DNA of 64,000 bases. Source: an uncultured Bacteroidota bacterium (GTDB lineage: Bacteria; Bacteroidota; Bacteroidia; Bacteroidales; DTGW01). Below, one piece after another: positions 26,796-36,425 of the stretch (position 1 is its first letter; each line of letters begins with the position of its first letter). The notes beneath the pieces are model-generated. The model saw only the letters and a list, made by a program, of their open reading frames with translations, did no database searches and was not told the DNA's origin. Location: the NCBI GenBank assembly GCA_963701015.1, contig OY969556.1:650411-714410 (forward strand), given 5' to 3'. Position numbers and translations under genes: made by a program.

Positions 26796-29672
26796 ATGAA
26801 ACAAAACGTTACATCGCTTCATTTAGAAAAACGGATTGAAGAATTGGAAAGAAAATTAGCTCAATTGCAAAAAAGCGAACATCGCTATAAAAAAATTATT
26901 GAGCATTTGCCTATTTCGGTCTTTGCTAAAGATATAAAGGAAAATTATAGTTACATTTTATGGAATCGCGAACTTGAAAAAGTATTTGGTAAAAAAGCTT
27001 CCGAGGTATTAGGAAAAACCGATTCAGAAGTTCTGGATAACGAAATAGATATAAATAATGTCCGGAATTCCGATCTTTCTATTTTAAAATCAAAAAACAT
27101 AAAGAATATTACCCATGAAGAGTTAAATACTGCAAAAGGTAAAGCAGTTTTTCACACTCGAAAAATCCCCATATTTGATGACAATAATCAACCTGAATTA
27201 ATTTTAGGTTGCCTTGATGATATTACCGATAAAATTAAAATTGAAAAATTACTAAGGGAAAGTGAGGAACATTATAGGCTTTTAGTTGATAATTTAAAAG
27301 AAATGATTCTTTTACTCGACCTGAATGGTAATGTTTTATTCGCAAATCCAGCTACAGAAAGTATCACAGGTTATTCACCTGAAGATGTTTTAAACCATAA
27401 CATAATCGATTATATTGGGGATAGTTCAAAAAATTTGGTAATTGAAAATCTAAGAAAAAGGAATTCAGGCAGTGAATTGAATTTTAAATATCAACTTGAA
27501 ATTAAATCGAAAAAAAACAAGATATTATTAATTGAAGCCAACTCATCACCGGTAAAAAAAGATGATAAAGTTGTAGGTATAATGTTTATGGCCATTGATA
27601 TTTCGGCACAAAAAAAGATTGAGCAAAAACTGGCAAAAATGAGGCAGCACTTTGAAGTTGCTTTGGAAGCTACTTCAAGTTCATCGTTTGATTACAATTT
27701 TATTAATAACGATTTAAGTGTATCTGACGAATTATTTAAATTTCTTGAGTACAAAGAAAAGGATATTCCTAAAAAGTTTAATGAATTTACAGATATTCTG
27801 CATCCAACAGATATACCCGAATTAAATAATGCAATTAATAAGCACATTTCAGGATCTACAACATCATATTATTCCGAATTTCGTATAGGTTCAAAATCGG
27901 GTCGTTGGATTTGGTGCAGCGGAGCCGGAAAAATTATTGAATGGGATAAGAATAAAAAGCCCAAACGGCTGGTTGGAATGATAACTGTTATTGAAGAACG
28001 TAAGAATGCTGAATTCAGGCTTCGTAAAAGTGAAGAGTTTAACAGGCAGATTACTGAAAATATGGTAGATTTAATTGCCCAATTCGATTTGGAATTTAAT
28101 TGGAGATATGCTTCACCTTCCTTTAAAAAAGTTTTAGGTTACCTTCCAAATGAAATTTTATCAAAAAAATTAATTGAATATGTGCATCCTGATGAAGTAA
28201 ATGGAATTTTGGCAGATTTAAGAAATATTCTTACCAATGAAAAAGGTACCGTGCAATTCCGTTTTATAAATAATGCCGGAGAATACAGATGGCTTGAAGC
28301 TGCCGGAAAAATGATTTACAATAAAACTAACAAACCAGCATATTCAATAATTGGTTTTCGCGATATTACTGACAGAAAAATAATTGAACTGGAATTACGT
28401 GAAAGTGAAGCAAAATTAAAAATACAGAATGAAGAATTTCAGGCTTTAAACGAAGAATATTTTGCCCAAAATGAAGAATTGGCAAAAAGTTTTTCAAAAT
28501 TAACTGAATTAAATAAGGAACTTGGAAAGGCTAAAACAAAGGCTGAAGAAAGCGACAAATTAAAATCGGCTTTTTTGGCAAACATGAGCCACGAAATTCG
28601 CACTCCTATGAATGCTATTGTTGGTTTCGCTGATTTGTTAAAGGATCCAGATGTGCAGAGCGACAAAATGGAGAAATATGTAAATATTATTAATTCAAAC
28701 AGCCATCATCTCCTAACTTTAATCAATGATATTATTGATATTTCTAAAATTGAAGCCGGGCAAGTAAAATTATCTAATTCATCAATAAACTTAAACGACA
28801 TAATGCGCGAAATGCTTTCGGTTTTTAAAACACTGGCTTTGCGCAAGAATATTGATATTACGCTTCGTTATAGTTTGCCAAATGTCGAAAGTAATATTGA
28901 AGCAGACGAAACTCGCGTAAAACAAATATTGACTAATTTATTAAATAATGCATTAAAGTTTACGCAGAAAGGGAAAATAGATTTCGGGTATTCTATTATA
29001 AATTCAAATATCAGGTTTTTTGTTAATGATACAGGTATTGGTATTGATACCGATAACTTTAATTTAGTTTTTGAGCGGTTTAGGCAAGTTGAAAGTCATT
29101 TAACAAAAAAAGTAGGTGGAACCGGTCTTGGCTTGTCTATTTCAAAAGCATTGGTAGAACTTATGGGTGGGCAAATTTGGGTTGAATCGGAAAAAGATAA
29201 AGGTTCAACTTTTTATTTTGAAATTCCCTTTGTTCAAACAGGAAGTAGTTTATTGGTTGCAAATGAAGACAAATCTCAGGAAGAAATTACTGACTGGTCA
29301 AATTTTACAATATTAATTGCTGAAGATGAAGAAGCGAATTATTTTTATTTGCAGGAAATTCTTTCAAATACAAAAGCAAAGCTAATTCACGCTAAAAATG
29401 GTTTGGAAGCTATTGAACTTTTTAATGGCAATGCTTTAATTGATTTAGTTTTAATGGATATTAAAATGCCTAAGATGGATGGATATGAAGCAACCCGAAA
29501 AATAAAAGAATTAAATCCAAATATTCATGTAATTGCACAAACCGCGTATGCAATGGCGGATGATAAAAAGAAAGCATTCCTTGCAGGTTGTGATGGTTAT
29601 ATCTCAAAACCCATTGATAAAAAAACTTTAATGGATGAAATGAAACATTGTTTTAAAAATAAAAATAAATAA
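26796..29672 (+). CDS. Hybrid sensor histidine kinase/response regulator with multiple PAS domains
   Basis: Four or more PAS-like units, then H-box [39 protein letters not shown] and REC ([11 protein letters not shown]). Confidence 0.9.
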   Translation: [958 protein letters not shown]

Positions 29673-29809
29673 TATCTGCAAATATTTTTATTAATTATCA
29701 TTACGAATATTCAATATTAATTAACCTTTCATCAATAATTGAAACCTTTTAATACACTACTGGCGAACAATATAATTTGCAAATTTGGAATATTAAAATA
29801 ATGAAATTG

Positions 29810-30004
29810 CTATTGTTTCTCCAATTTTTTTGAAATTAGAATACCGCCTTGTGCCATATTTTCATTAGGATTTTCTTTAATTAAAACTACATATACGTCT
29901 TTTGGTATATTCATTATTTCACTCGCAATTTGAGTTAATTCTTTTGCGAGTTTTTCTTTTTTTTCTAACGAAAGTTCTGGACCTTCAATAGTTATTACCG
30001 GCAT
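29810..30004 (-). CDS. 4-oxalocrotonate tautomerase-family protein
   Basis: N-terminal MPVITIEG (catalytic Pro1 context) and a typical size of 64 aa. Confidence 0.75.
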   Translation of the reverse strand: MPVITIEGPELSLEKKEKLAKELTQIASEIMNIPKDVYVVLIKENPNENMAQGGILISKKLEKQ

Positions 30005-30152
30005 AATTATTTTATTTGTTATTGTTATAATATAACAAAATTAAAATAATAATTATTGAATGAAGTTTACATGACATAAATAATATTTAAAACAAATTAG
30101 GTAAGTTCTATCGAAGTATAATGAAAAATTTTAGTGTCAAATTTCAAAACAA

Positions 30153-30830
30153 CTAAAAATAAACTTCGGTATAAATATTAGCCATTGGAACTCCTTGTTT
30201 TTTTAGAATGTCATAAGCTTCGAATATCATGTTACTGTTGCCGCACAAAAAACAAATAGAATCTTTACTAAATGGAAATTTTTCAATGTACTCGGTAACC
30301 CTGCCGGTAAAAGTTCCATACGAATCTTTTGAAGTACATAGTATATATCTTGAAGGGTCGTATTGGTCGCTGTCATAAGCTTCAGTTGCAAATCTAACAC
30401 CATGAATCAAAGTATAGTTAATTGCCGGGTTTGATTTAATAAAACTATGAAATGGCGATATTCCGGTTCCGGTTGCAATAAAAACAAATTTACCGTTTGC
30501 AATTTTTTCTTCCGGTAAGTTGAAAAAACCTCTTGGCCCTTCAATATGAATTAAATCTCCAGTCTTTGCTTTTCGTAATAGTCGTGAAACATCACCATCG
30601 GGCAATTCTCTAATTAAAACTTCCAGGTAAGGATCTTTTTCCCCACTGTATATTGAATATTCCCTTCGTAATGTGTTGCTTTTTAAACCTAAAACTATAT
30701 AGTTCCCTGCTTTAAAATTAATATTTCTCCTTTTTAATCTCAATACATAAGTTGATTCTGTAATATCACGGATACTCTCAACAGTATGCAATTTTTCATC
30801 TGCAAATACTAATTCATTTGTTCTAATCAT
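30153..30830 (-). CDS. Ferredoxin-NADP reductase-like FAD/NAD(P)-binding oxidoreductase
   Basis: RREYSIYS (RxYS FAD motif) and FIATGTGISPF (GTGIxP NAD(P) motif). Confidence 0.8.
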   Translation of the reverse strand: MIRTNELVFADEKLHTVESIRDITESTYVLRLKRRNINFKAGNYIVLGLKSNTLRREYSIYSGEKDPYLEVLIRELPDGDVSRLLRKAKTGDLIHIEGPRGFFNLPEEKIANGKFVFIATGTGISPFHSFIKSNPAINYTLIHGVRFATEAYDSDQYDPSRYILCTSKDSYGTFTGRVTEYIEKFPFSKDSICFLCGNSNMIFEAYDILKKQGVPMANIYTEVYF

Positions 30831-30928
30831 AAATCAAAAAATTTTAACTTTTAAATGTTTCATAAATGTTGGTTAAACAATATCAAGGGAAATATGTTCC
30901 CTTTTTAATTAAAATTATTCTAAATATA

Positions 30929-31789
30929 ATGTTGATACAGGAAAAAACAGAGCGATTGCCTAAATGGATGAAAGTTCCATTACCACACGGCGATAATTAT
31001 TCACGAATTAAAAATTTAATTATTGAAAAAGAATTACATACCATTTGTAGCAGTGGAAATTGCCCAAATAAAGGTGAATGCTGGAGTGCTGGTACCGCAA
31101 CATTCATGATTTTAGGTAATTCATGTACAAGAAATTGTCGCTTTTGTTATGTAAAAACTTCAATTCCGGCAACAGTTGATTGGGATGAGCCTTTAAGACT
31201 TGCAGAAACAATTAAAGCTTTGAATCTAAAGCACTGTGTTATAACTTCGGTTGCCCGAGATGATATGGAAGACGGTGGCATTGAGTTTTGGGCTTTAACT
31301 ATTAGAACTGTTAAGGAAGTAAACCCAAATACAACTATGGAAGTTTTAATTCCAGATTTTAACCGCGATCAGCAATTGCTTCATAAAATAATTAAAGAAA
31401 ATCCTGAAGTAATTTCGCATAATATTGAAACAGTTGAACGTATATCAACTAAAATCAGAAGCCTGTCAACGTATAATGGAAGTTTAAATATGTTGAAGTT
31501 TTTGTCATCAAACAATATAATTACAAAATCGGGATTTATGCTGGGATTAGGTGAAACGGATATTGAAGTTTATAAAGCAATGGATGATTTACGTATAGCA
31601 GATGTAAAAATATTAACAATTGGACAATACTTGCCTCCTTCAGAAATGCATACTCGTTTGGTTGAATACGTGAATCCGGAAATTTTCGAAAAATATAGAA
31701 TTATAGGTTTGGAAAAAGGCTTTAGATATGTGGAAAGCGGGCCATTGGTCAGATCGTCGTATCATGCAGAACGGCATGTTAATTTATAA
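30929..31789 (+). CDS. lipA: Lipoyl synthase
   Basis: CPNKGECW auxiliary cluster motif and radical-SAM CTRNCRFC. The ORF is open from 30866, but the ATG at 30929 (MLIQEKTERLPKWMKV) matches usual LipA N-termini and leaves room for the divergent promoter. Confidence 0.92.
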   Translation: MLIQEKTERLPKWMKVPLPHGDNYSRIKNLIIEKELHTICSSGNCPNKGECWSAGTATFMILGNSCTRNCRFCYVKTSIPATVDWDEPLRLAETIKALNLKHCVITSVARDDMEDGGIEFWALTIRTVKEVNPNTTMEVLIPDFNRDQQLLHKIIKENPEVISHNIETVERISTKIRSLSTYNGSLNMLKFLSSNNIITKSGFMLGLGETDIEVYKAMDDLRIADVKILTIGQYLPPSEMHTRLVEYVNPEIFEKYRIIGLEKGFRYVESGPLVRSSYHAERHVNL

Positions 31790-31841
31790 AAGCGACTTAT
31801 AAAATAAAATTGAGGAAGTTATTGGTACATTTCTTAAAAAT

Positions 31842-31915
31842 AAAGCAATGCGGGAATGCAACTTTGCCGAATCCAAGGTATCCCTCAATACCAGACTGAC
31901 AACCCGCATTGCTTT
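31842..31915. other. Long hairpin: perfect 13-bp stem (AAAGCAATGCGGG/CCCGCATTGCTTT) with a 48-nt loop containing an inner 5-bp hairpin
   Basis: Read directly. It is a locally GC-enriched island in the spacer between the convergent lipA and REC genes. Confidence 0.45.
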
Positions 31916-31921
31916 TGAATT

Positions 31922-32329
31922 CTAATAATTTATAGATGAATAATTTAGTTTTTCAAAAATATTTTTAATTGTTTCATCATCTAGTTTGTCCTTTTCAATA
32001 TATAAACGTGAACCAGCCGACAGCATTTTATCGATATATTCAAATTCCGAAAACATTGATAATGCTATTATTACAGTTTGTGGGTATTTTTCCGAAATAT
32101 ATTCAGCTGTTTCAACACCATTCATTTTAGGCATTGCAAAATCCATAAATACATAATGGTACATTTTTTGATTTATCTTTTCTATCGCTTCAATTCCGTT
32201 ATATGCTTCATCCATATATTCAATTTGCGAAGCCATAACATCATTTATTTGAAAACGAAGTGCTTTTAAATAATTTTTATTATCGTCAACCAATAAGATT
32301 TTATATTTTAGTACTTCTTCAGTTTTCAT
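31922..32329 (-). CDS. Stand-alone REC-domain response regulator
   Basis: REC motifs (ILLVDDN, VFMDFAMPKMNG) and no output domain (135 aa). Confidence 0.8.
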   Translation of the reverse strand: MKTEEVLKYKILLVDDNKNYLKALRFQINDVMASQIEYMDEAYNGIEAIEKINQKMYHYVFMDFAMPKMNGVETAEYISEKYPQTVIIALSMFSEFEYIDKMLSAGSRLYIEKDKLDDETIKNIFEKLNYSSINY

Positions 32330-32537
32330 ATAAATATTTAAAACAATCTATACCAGATTATTTAATAAAAGTCAATTAAATTGGATTTGATTCTTATAAA
32401 ATTCAATAAATACAAAGTTATTATTTAAACTATTTATGAAGATAGTCGATATACTATAAATAATGTGTATAAGTAATAATTTTAAATGAAAATTACCGCA
32501 AAATAAAATGCGGTAATTACAAATATTTTGCTTATAA

Positions 32538-33152
32538 TTATATCAATCTGTTTTTTACAGCATATAATGCCAGGCTAATTGAATTATTGGTTTTGGTGCG
32601 TTGAAGAAGTTCTGATCGTATTTTTTCCACGGTTCGTAATCCTATTAATAATTTTTCGCCAATTTCCGTTGATGATAGACCTTTGCATAGCCAATATAAT
32701 ACTTCCTTATCCCGAGGTTTTAATTCAAGGCGGTCAATTTCATTATTCTTTTTAATTATATTCAATAACAATTCCTGTGAGAAATATAATTTCCCATTTT
32801 CAATAGCAGTTATGGCTTTATAAACTTCGTCATGGTCCGATTCTTTTTGTATAAATCCTTTTGCTCCAATATTTATAAGATCATTATAATATTGCTCATC
32901 ATTAAACATGGACAGAATTAATATTTTTAAATCAGGATATTTCTGAATTCCATTTTTAGTAGCTTCAATGCCATTCATTTGTGGCATATTAATATCCATC
33001 AATACTACGTCGGGTTTGCATGTTTCCAGCAATTGCATAAACTCAATACCATTTGAAGCCTGCCCAATAACTTCAAATCCTAAATCTTTTAATAATAGTG
33101 CAAGGCCAGCACGTAATGCTTTATGATCATCGACTAAAATTATTTTGGTCAT
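32538..33152 (-). CDS. NarL/LuxR-family DNA-binding response regulator
   Basis: REC (VVLMDINMPQMNG) plus a C-terminal LuxR HTH (LSSTEIGEKLLIGLRTVEKIRSELLQ). Confidence 0.9.
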   Translation of the reverse strand: MTKIILVDDHKALRAGLALLLKDLGFEVIGQASNGIEFMQLLETCKPDVVLMDINMPQMNGIEATKNGIQKYPDLKILILSMFNDEQYYNDLINIGAKGFIQKESDHDEVYKAITAIENGKLYFSQELLLNIIKKNNEIDRLELKPRDKEVLYWLCKGLSSTEIGEKLLIGLRTVEKIRSELLQRTKTNNSISLALYAVKNRLI

Positions 33153-33155
33153 ATT

Positions 33156-35444
33156 TTATTTTTTTTGAATTATAGCTTTGGAACTTGCGTATAAATAGAA
33201 ACCTCTTCCTATACTGCTTTCAATTGTGCAACTTCCATTGATAGATTTTATGCGGCTCTGAATATTTAAAAGTCCAATTCCTTTATTTTCATTAATTGTA
33301 TTTTGATAATTAAATCCTTGTCCATTGTCATTATATGTATATTCTAACAAGTTATTACGATAATTTAAATTTATTTCAACAATTGTGGCATTAGCATATT
33401 TAATTGTATTATTGAGCAATTCTTTTGTAATTCTATAATAAACCGTTTCAATTGTTTTGTCAAATCGTAACGAATTTAATGAATCATTAATTTTAATTGA
33501 AATGAATGTTCTTTTCGATTCTGCTTCGGCATTTATTGCTGCAGAAAGCCCATAATTTTCAAGTACATGAGGGCTTAAGTTATTTGATATTTCTCGAACA
33601 TTTGCTATTGATTTTTTAATCATTTCAGACATTTCATCAAGTATTGAAACCTGTTCGCTATCTTTAATCCTTTTATATAATGACGAAATATATATGCGTA
33701 ATGTAGCAAGTTGTGGGCCGAGTTCGTCATGAAGGTCTCCGGCAAATCTCCGGCGCTCATTTTCTTCAGTTTCTAAGATTGTTTCAAATAATTTTTGCTC
33801 GAATTTTTTTCGTTCTGTAATGTCTTCAATAATGGCTATTATACGTTCAAGTTTTCCCGATTCATCAATTATGGATGTAATTGCTGCCCTTATATATATT
33901 TCTTTACCATCTTTTCTGCTTCTTTTTAATTCAATAAATGGAATTTTCTCATTTGATTTAAGCTTTAATAATAAACTATTATATTCTTCTAAATTTTGGC
34001 TTGTAATATAAGGAATTCGTTTGCCAATAACCTCATTAAAATTCCATCCAAAAATATTTTCAGCAGCCTTATTCCATATCGAAAGTATTTCGCCATTTTC
34101 ATTAATATCAAATATACATAAAGGTGATGCATCAATTAAAGCTTTAAGGGTATAATTTAATTTTAAAATATCAGATGTTCGTTCAGCAACCTTATGTTCT
34201 AAATCTTGTTTTAGTACATTTAATTCATCCATAGTTGATGTAAGTTCTTCATTGGCCGATTCTAATTCATTTGTTCTTTCGGTTACTTTTACACTTAATA
34301 TATTGGTAAACTGACGTTGAAATATTATATATCTTTCAGATGATGAAAGCATAAACATTATCATTTGAATTAAATAACCAATTTTTAATGAGAATTTTGC
34401 CAACAATGGAAAAGCGATTATACCTGTACTTGACAATACATGGATTACTGCACTTATTAGACTTGCCAATAATGCAATTGCAAAAAACCTGGTATATTTC
34501 TTTTTATTTACTATAAGAGCGTAAAAGGAGACTAATGCTAAAACAGAACAAAATATTGGTATAACAATATAAACTAATCTGTTAGCGAAGTAATAATTAA
34601 TTATATATAAAAGGAAATATAGAATAGTAAACCATCGTAAACCTATAAATAGTTTTTTAAATAATGGCTTTTCAATTTCAATAAAATTTTCTGCAAGTCC
34701 AACGTATGAAAATCCTATAAGAGGAGCAAGGGATGTACCTGAAATTATTATTATATTGGGTTTTGCTGCAAATTTGATGAAATTAAAAAGATTATCGTAT
34801 CCTAGGCTGAATAAAATAATAGAGAATATTGTAAGCATTAAATAAATATATAATTTTTCGCGATTAACGATAACAATGTATGCACAAAAAATAAACATAA
34901 AAAAAGCAATTCCATAATATATGCCATTTAATAAACTATTTACGATTACTGAATTATTGAATTGGATATTCGATTGAAATAAAATTGGAATTCTTAGCGG
35001 AGTTCTGGATTGAACACTAATATAAACTATATATTGTTTTTTTGGTTCCAGATTTATTGAAACTTTGGAAGTACGCCCATTATTTGCACCGCACTTTTCA
35101 ATTAATTCAAGTTTATTATTTTTGGTTATATAGAAGTTTACGTATTCAAGAAAATGGTTATCAACTTTTATAATTTCAAAAGCATTTGAATCGGAATAGT
35201 TATATAGTTTTAGTTTTATCCAATATACTGCATTATTAAAGCCAAATGATAAATAATTATATTTAATTGTAGTAAATTTTTCATCTTTGATTTTCTCGAA
35301 ATTTTCATTTCTTGACGAATCGCAATAAAATTGAACATTATTTTGAATAATTGGCAATAAATATGGGCTGTTACTTGCAAATAGCAAAAATGACTTTGCA
35401 AGTATAGTAATCAGAAATAATCGTTTACAATTAAAAATACTCAT
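33156..35444 (-). CDS. 7TMR-DISM-type sensor histidine kinase (extracellular domain, 7 TM, PAS, HisKA_3, HATPase)
   Basis: Signal/extracellular domain, about 7 TM helices, a coiled coil, PAS, HisKA_3 H-box (FAGDLHDELGPQL) and an ATPase domain. Its stop lies 3 nt before the cognate regulator gene. Confidence 0.85.
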   Translation of the reverse strand: MSIFNCKRLFLITILAKSFLLFASNSPYLLPIIQNNVQFYCDSSRNENFEKIKDEKFTTIKYNYLSFGFNNAVYWIKLKLYNYSDSNAFEIIKVDNHFLEYVNFYITKNNKLELIEKCGANNGRTSKVSINLEPKKQYIVYISVQSRTPLRIPILFQSNIQFNNSVIVNSLLNGIYYGIAFFMFIFCAYIVIVNREKLYIYLMLTIFSIILFSLGYDNLFNFIKFAAKPNIIIISGTSLAPLIGFSYVGLAENFIEIEKPLFKKLFIGLRWFTILYFLLYIINYYFANRLVYIVIPIFCSVLALVSFYALIVNKKKYTRFFAIALLASLISAVIHVLSSTGIIAFPLLAKFSLKIGYLIQMIMFMLSSSERYIIFQRQFTNILSVKVTERTNELESANEELTSTMDELNVLKQDLEHKVAERTSDILKLNYTLKALIDASPLCIFDINENGEILSIWNKAAENIFGWNFNEVIGKRIPYITSQNLEEYNSLLLKLKSNEKIPFIELKRSRKDGKEIYIRAAITSIIDESGKLERIIAIIEDITERKKFEQKLFETILETEENERRRFAGDLHDELGPQLATLRIYISSLYKRIKDSEQVSILDEMSEMIKKSIANVREISNNLSPHVLENYGLSAAINAEAESKRTFISIKINDSLNSLRFDKTIETVYYRITKELLNNTIKYANATIVEINLNYRNNLLEYTYNDNGQGFNYQNTINENKGIGLLNIQSRIKSINGSCTIESSIGRGFYLYASSKAIIQKK

Positions 35445-35559
35445 TCCTGTTATTGAAACAGGGTGAAGTTATAAAAAAAATTAAAATGAAAAGAATTGAT
35501 AATGAATTATCTGTAATTAATTCGAAACACAATTATATAAAGCTCCTTCAAAATTCAAA

Positions 35560-36132
35560 TCAAACAGATTTTAATTCTTCTGCTTTTACATGCCCCCAGT
35601 TTTCACCTCGTTTAATTCGAGTAACCTGCATATCACTAATACAAAACATTTTTGCAATTGTTGTATTGGCTACACCTTTTAAAAGCATTGATTTTATTAC
35701 CTGAACATCTTTTTCATTTAATTTGTTCTGCGTAATTACTTTCGGGCGGTTCGGGTCGTTATATTTAATTTTTAAATAAGCAGCTTTCCTAGTTTTAACC
35801 ATTTCTTTCGAAGCCCATTCTAAATTACCATAATGGTTGTTTTTTGTATTCCAATCAAGGTGTATCACGTGATCTGGTTCAAAGTCAGGTTTAGGCAACC
35901 AGTTTTCAGCAACCAGTTTGTGAACAAAAAACCTTATATTTTTTTTATTTATTTTAAGTGAAATAGCAGGGAAATTGTTTATCAAACCTTGTTTTAAAAT
36001 TTTACCTTCTTTATTGTAAAAAAATGATTTGACCCTTCCGTAATTGCTAATCTGGTATTGCCCATTTGTACCTGGCATTTCCCGCCATTCTTCATCTTCA
36101 ATTTTCTTTAATTTGCGTGGTAAATTAATCAT
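35560..36132 (-). CDS. NUMOD4 + HNH(H-N-N) homing-endonuclease-like protein with a C-terminal HTH
   Basis: NUMOD4-type EEWREMPGTNGQYQISNYGRVKS, HNH_3-type HVIHLDWNTKNNHYGNLEW, and a C-terminal HTH-like KDVQVIKSMLLKGVANTTIAKMFCISDMQVTRIKRGENW. Confidence 0.75.
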   Translation of the reverse strand: MINLPRKLKKIEDEEWREMPGTNGQYQISNYGRVKSFFYNKEGKILKQGLINNFPAISLKINKKNIRFFVHKLVAENWLPKPDFEPDHVIHLDWNTKNNHYGNLEWASKEMVKTRKAAYLKIKYNDPNRPKVITQNKLNEKDVQVIKSMLLKGVANTTIAKMFCISDMQVTRIKRGENWGHVKAEELKSV

Positions 36133-36382
36133 TTTCCAATTATAAAATTTCGAGTTATTTTACAAAAATAAACCCAAATATTTAAAATGGTATTTTAATA
36201 GTTAAAATTTCACATTTATTAAATTATTATATTCAAATATTTTGATTGTAAAACTTGCTTTATTTCGAACCTTAATGTGTAAAGTATATATTTTAAACGT
36301 ATAAGATTTTGATTTCTAATTAAATATAAAATTTGCTTACTATCATGATTAAATTTGAATGGCTTAGAATTATTCAAAATAC

Positions 36383-36390
36383 TATATTTG
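36383..36390 (+). promoter_or_regulatory. Bacteroidota-type -7 promoter box (TATATTTG)
   Basis: Exact TAnnTTTG match 35 nt upstream of the GTG start at 36426. Confidence 0.45.
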
Positions 36391-36425
36391 CGAGTTGATT
36401 GACGAATTAATAGATTTTTATAATT

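Noticed and set aside
31922-35444. The kinase + REC-only + response regulator trio as a Detocs-like defensive two-component system.
   Set aside because: The kinase is a membrane 7TMR-DISM sensor, the regulator has an ordinary LuxR DNA-binding output, and no nucleosidase or other effector domain is present.
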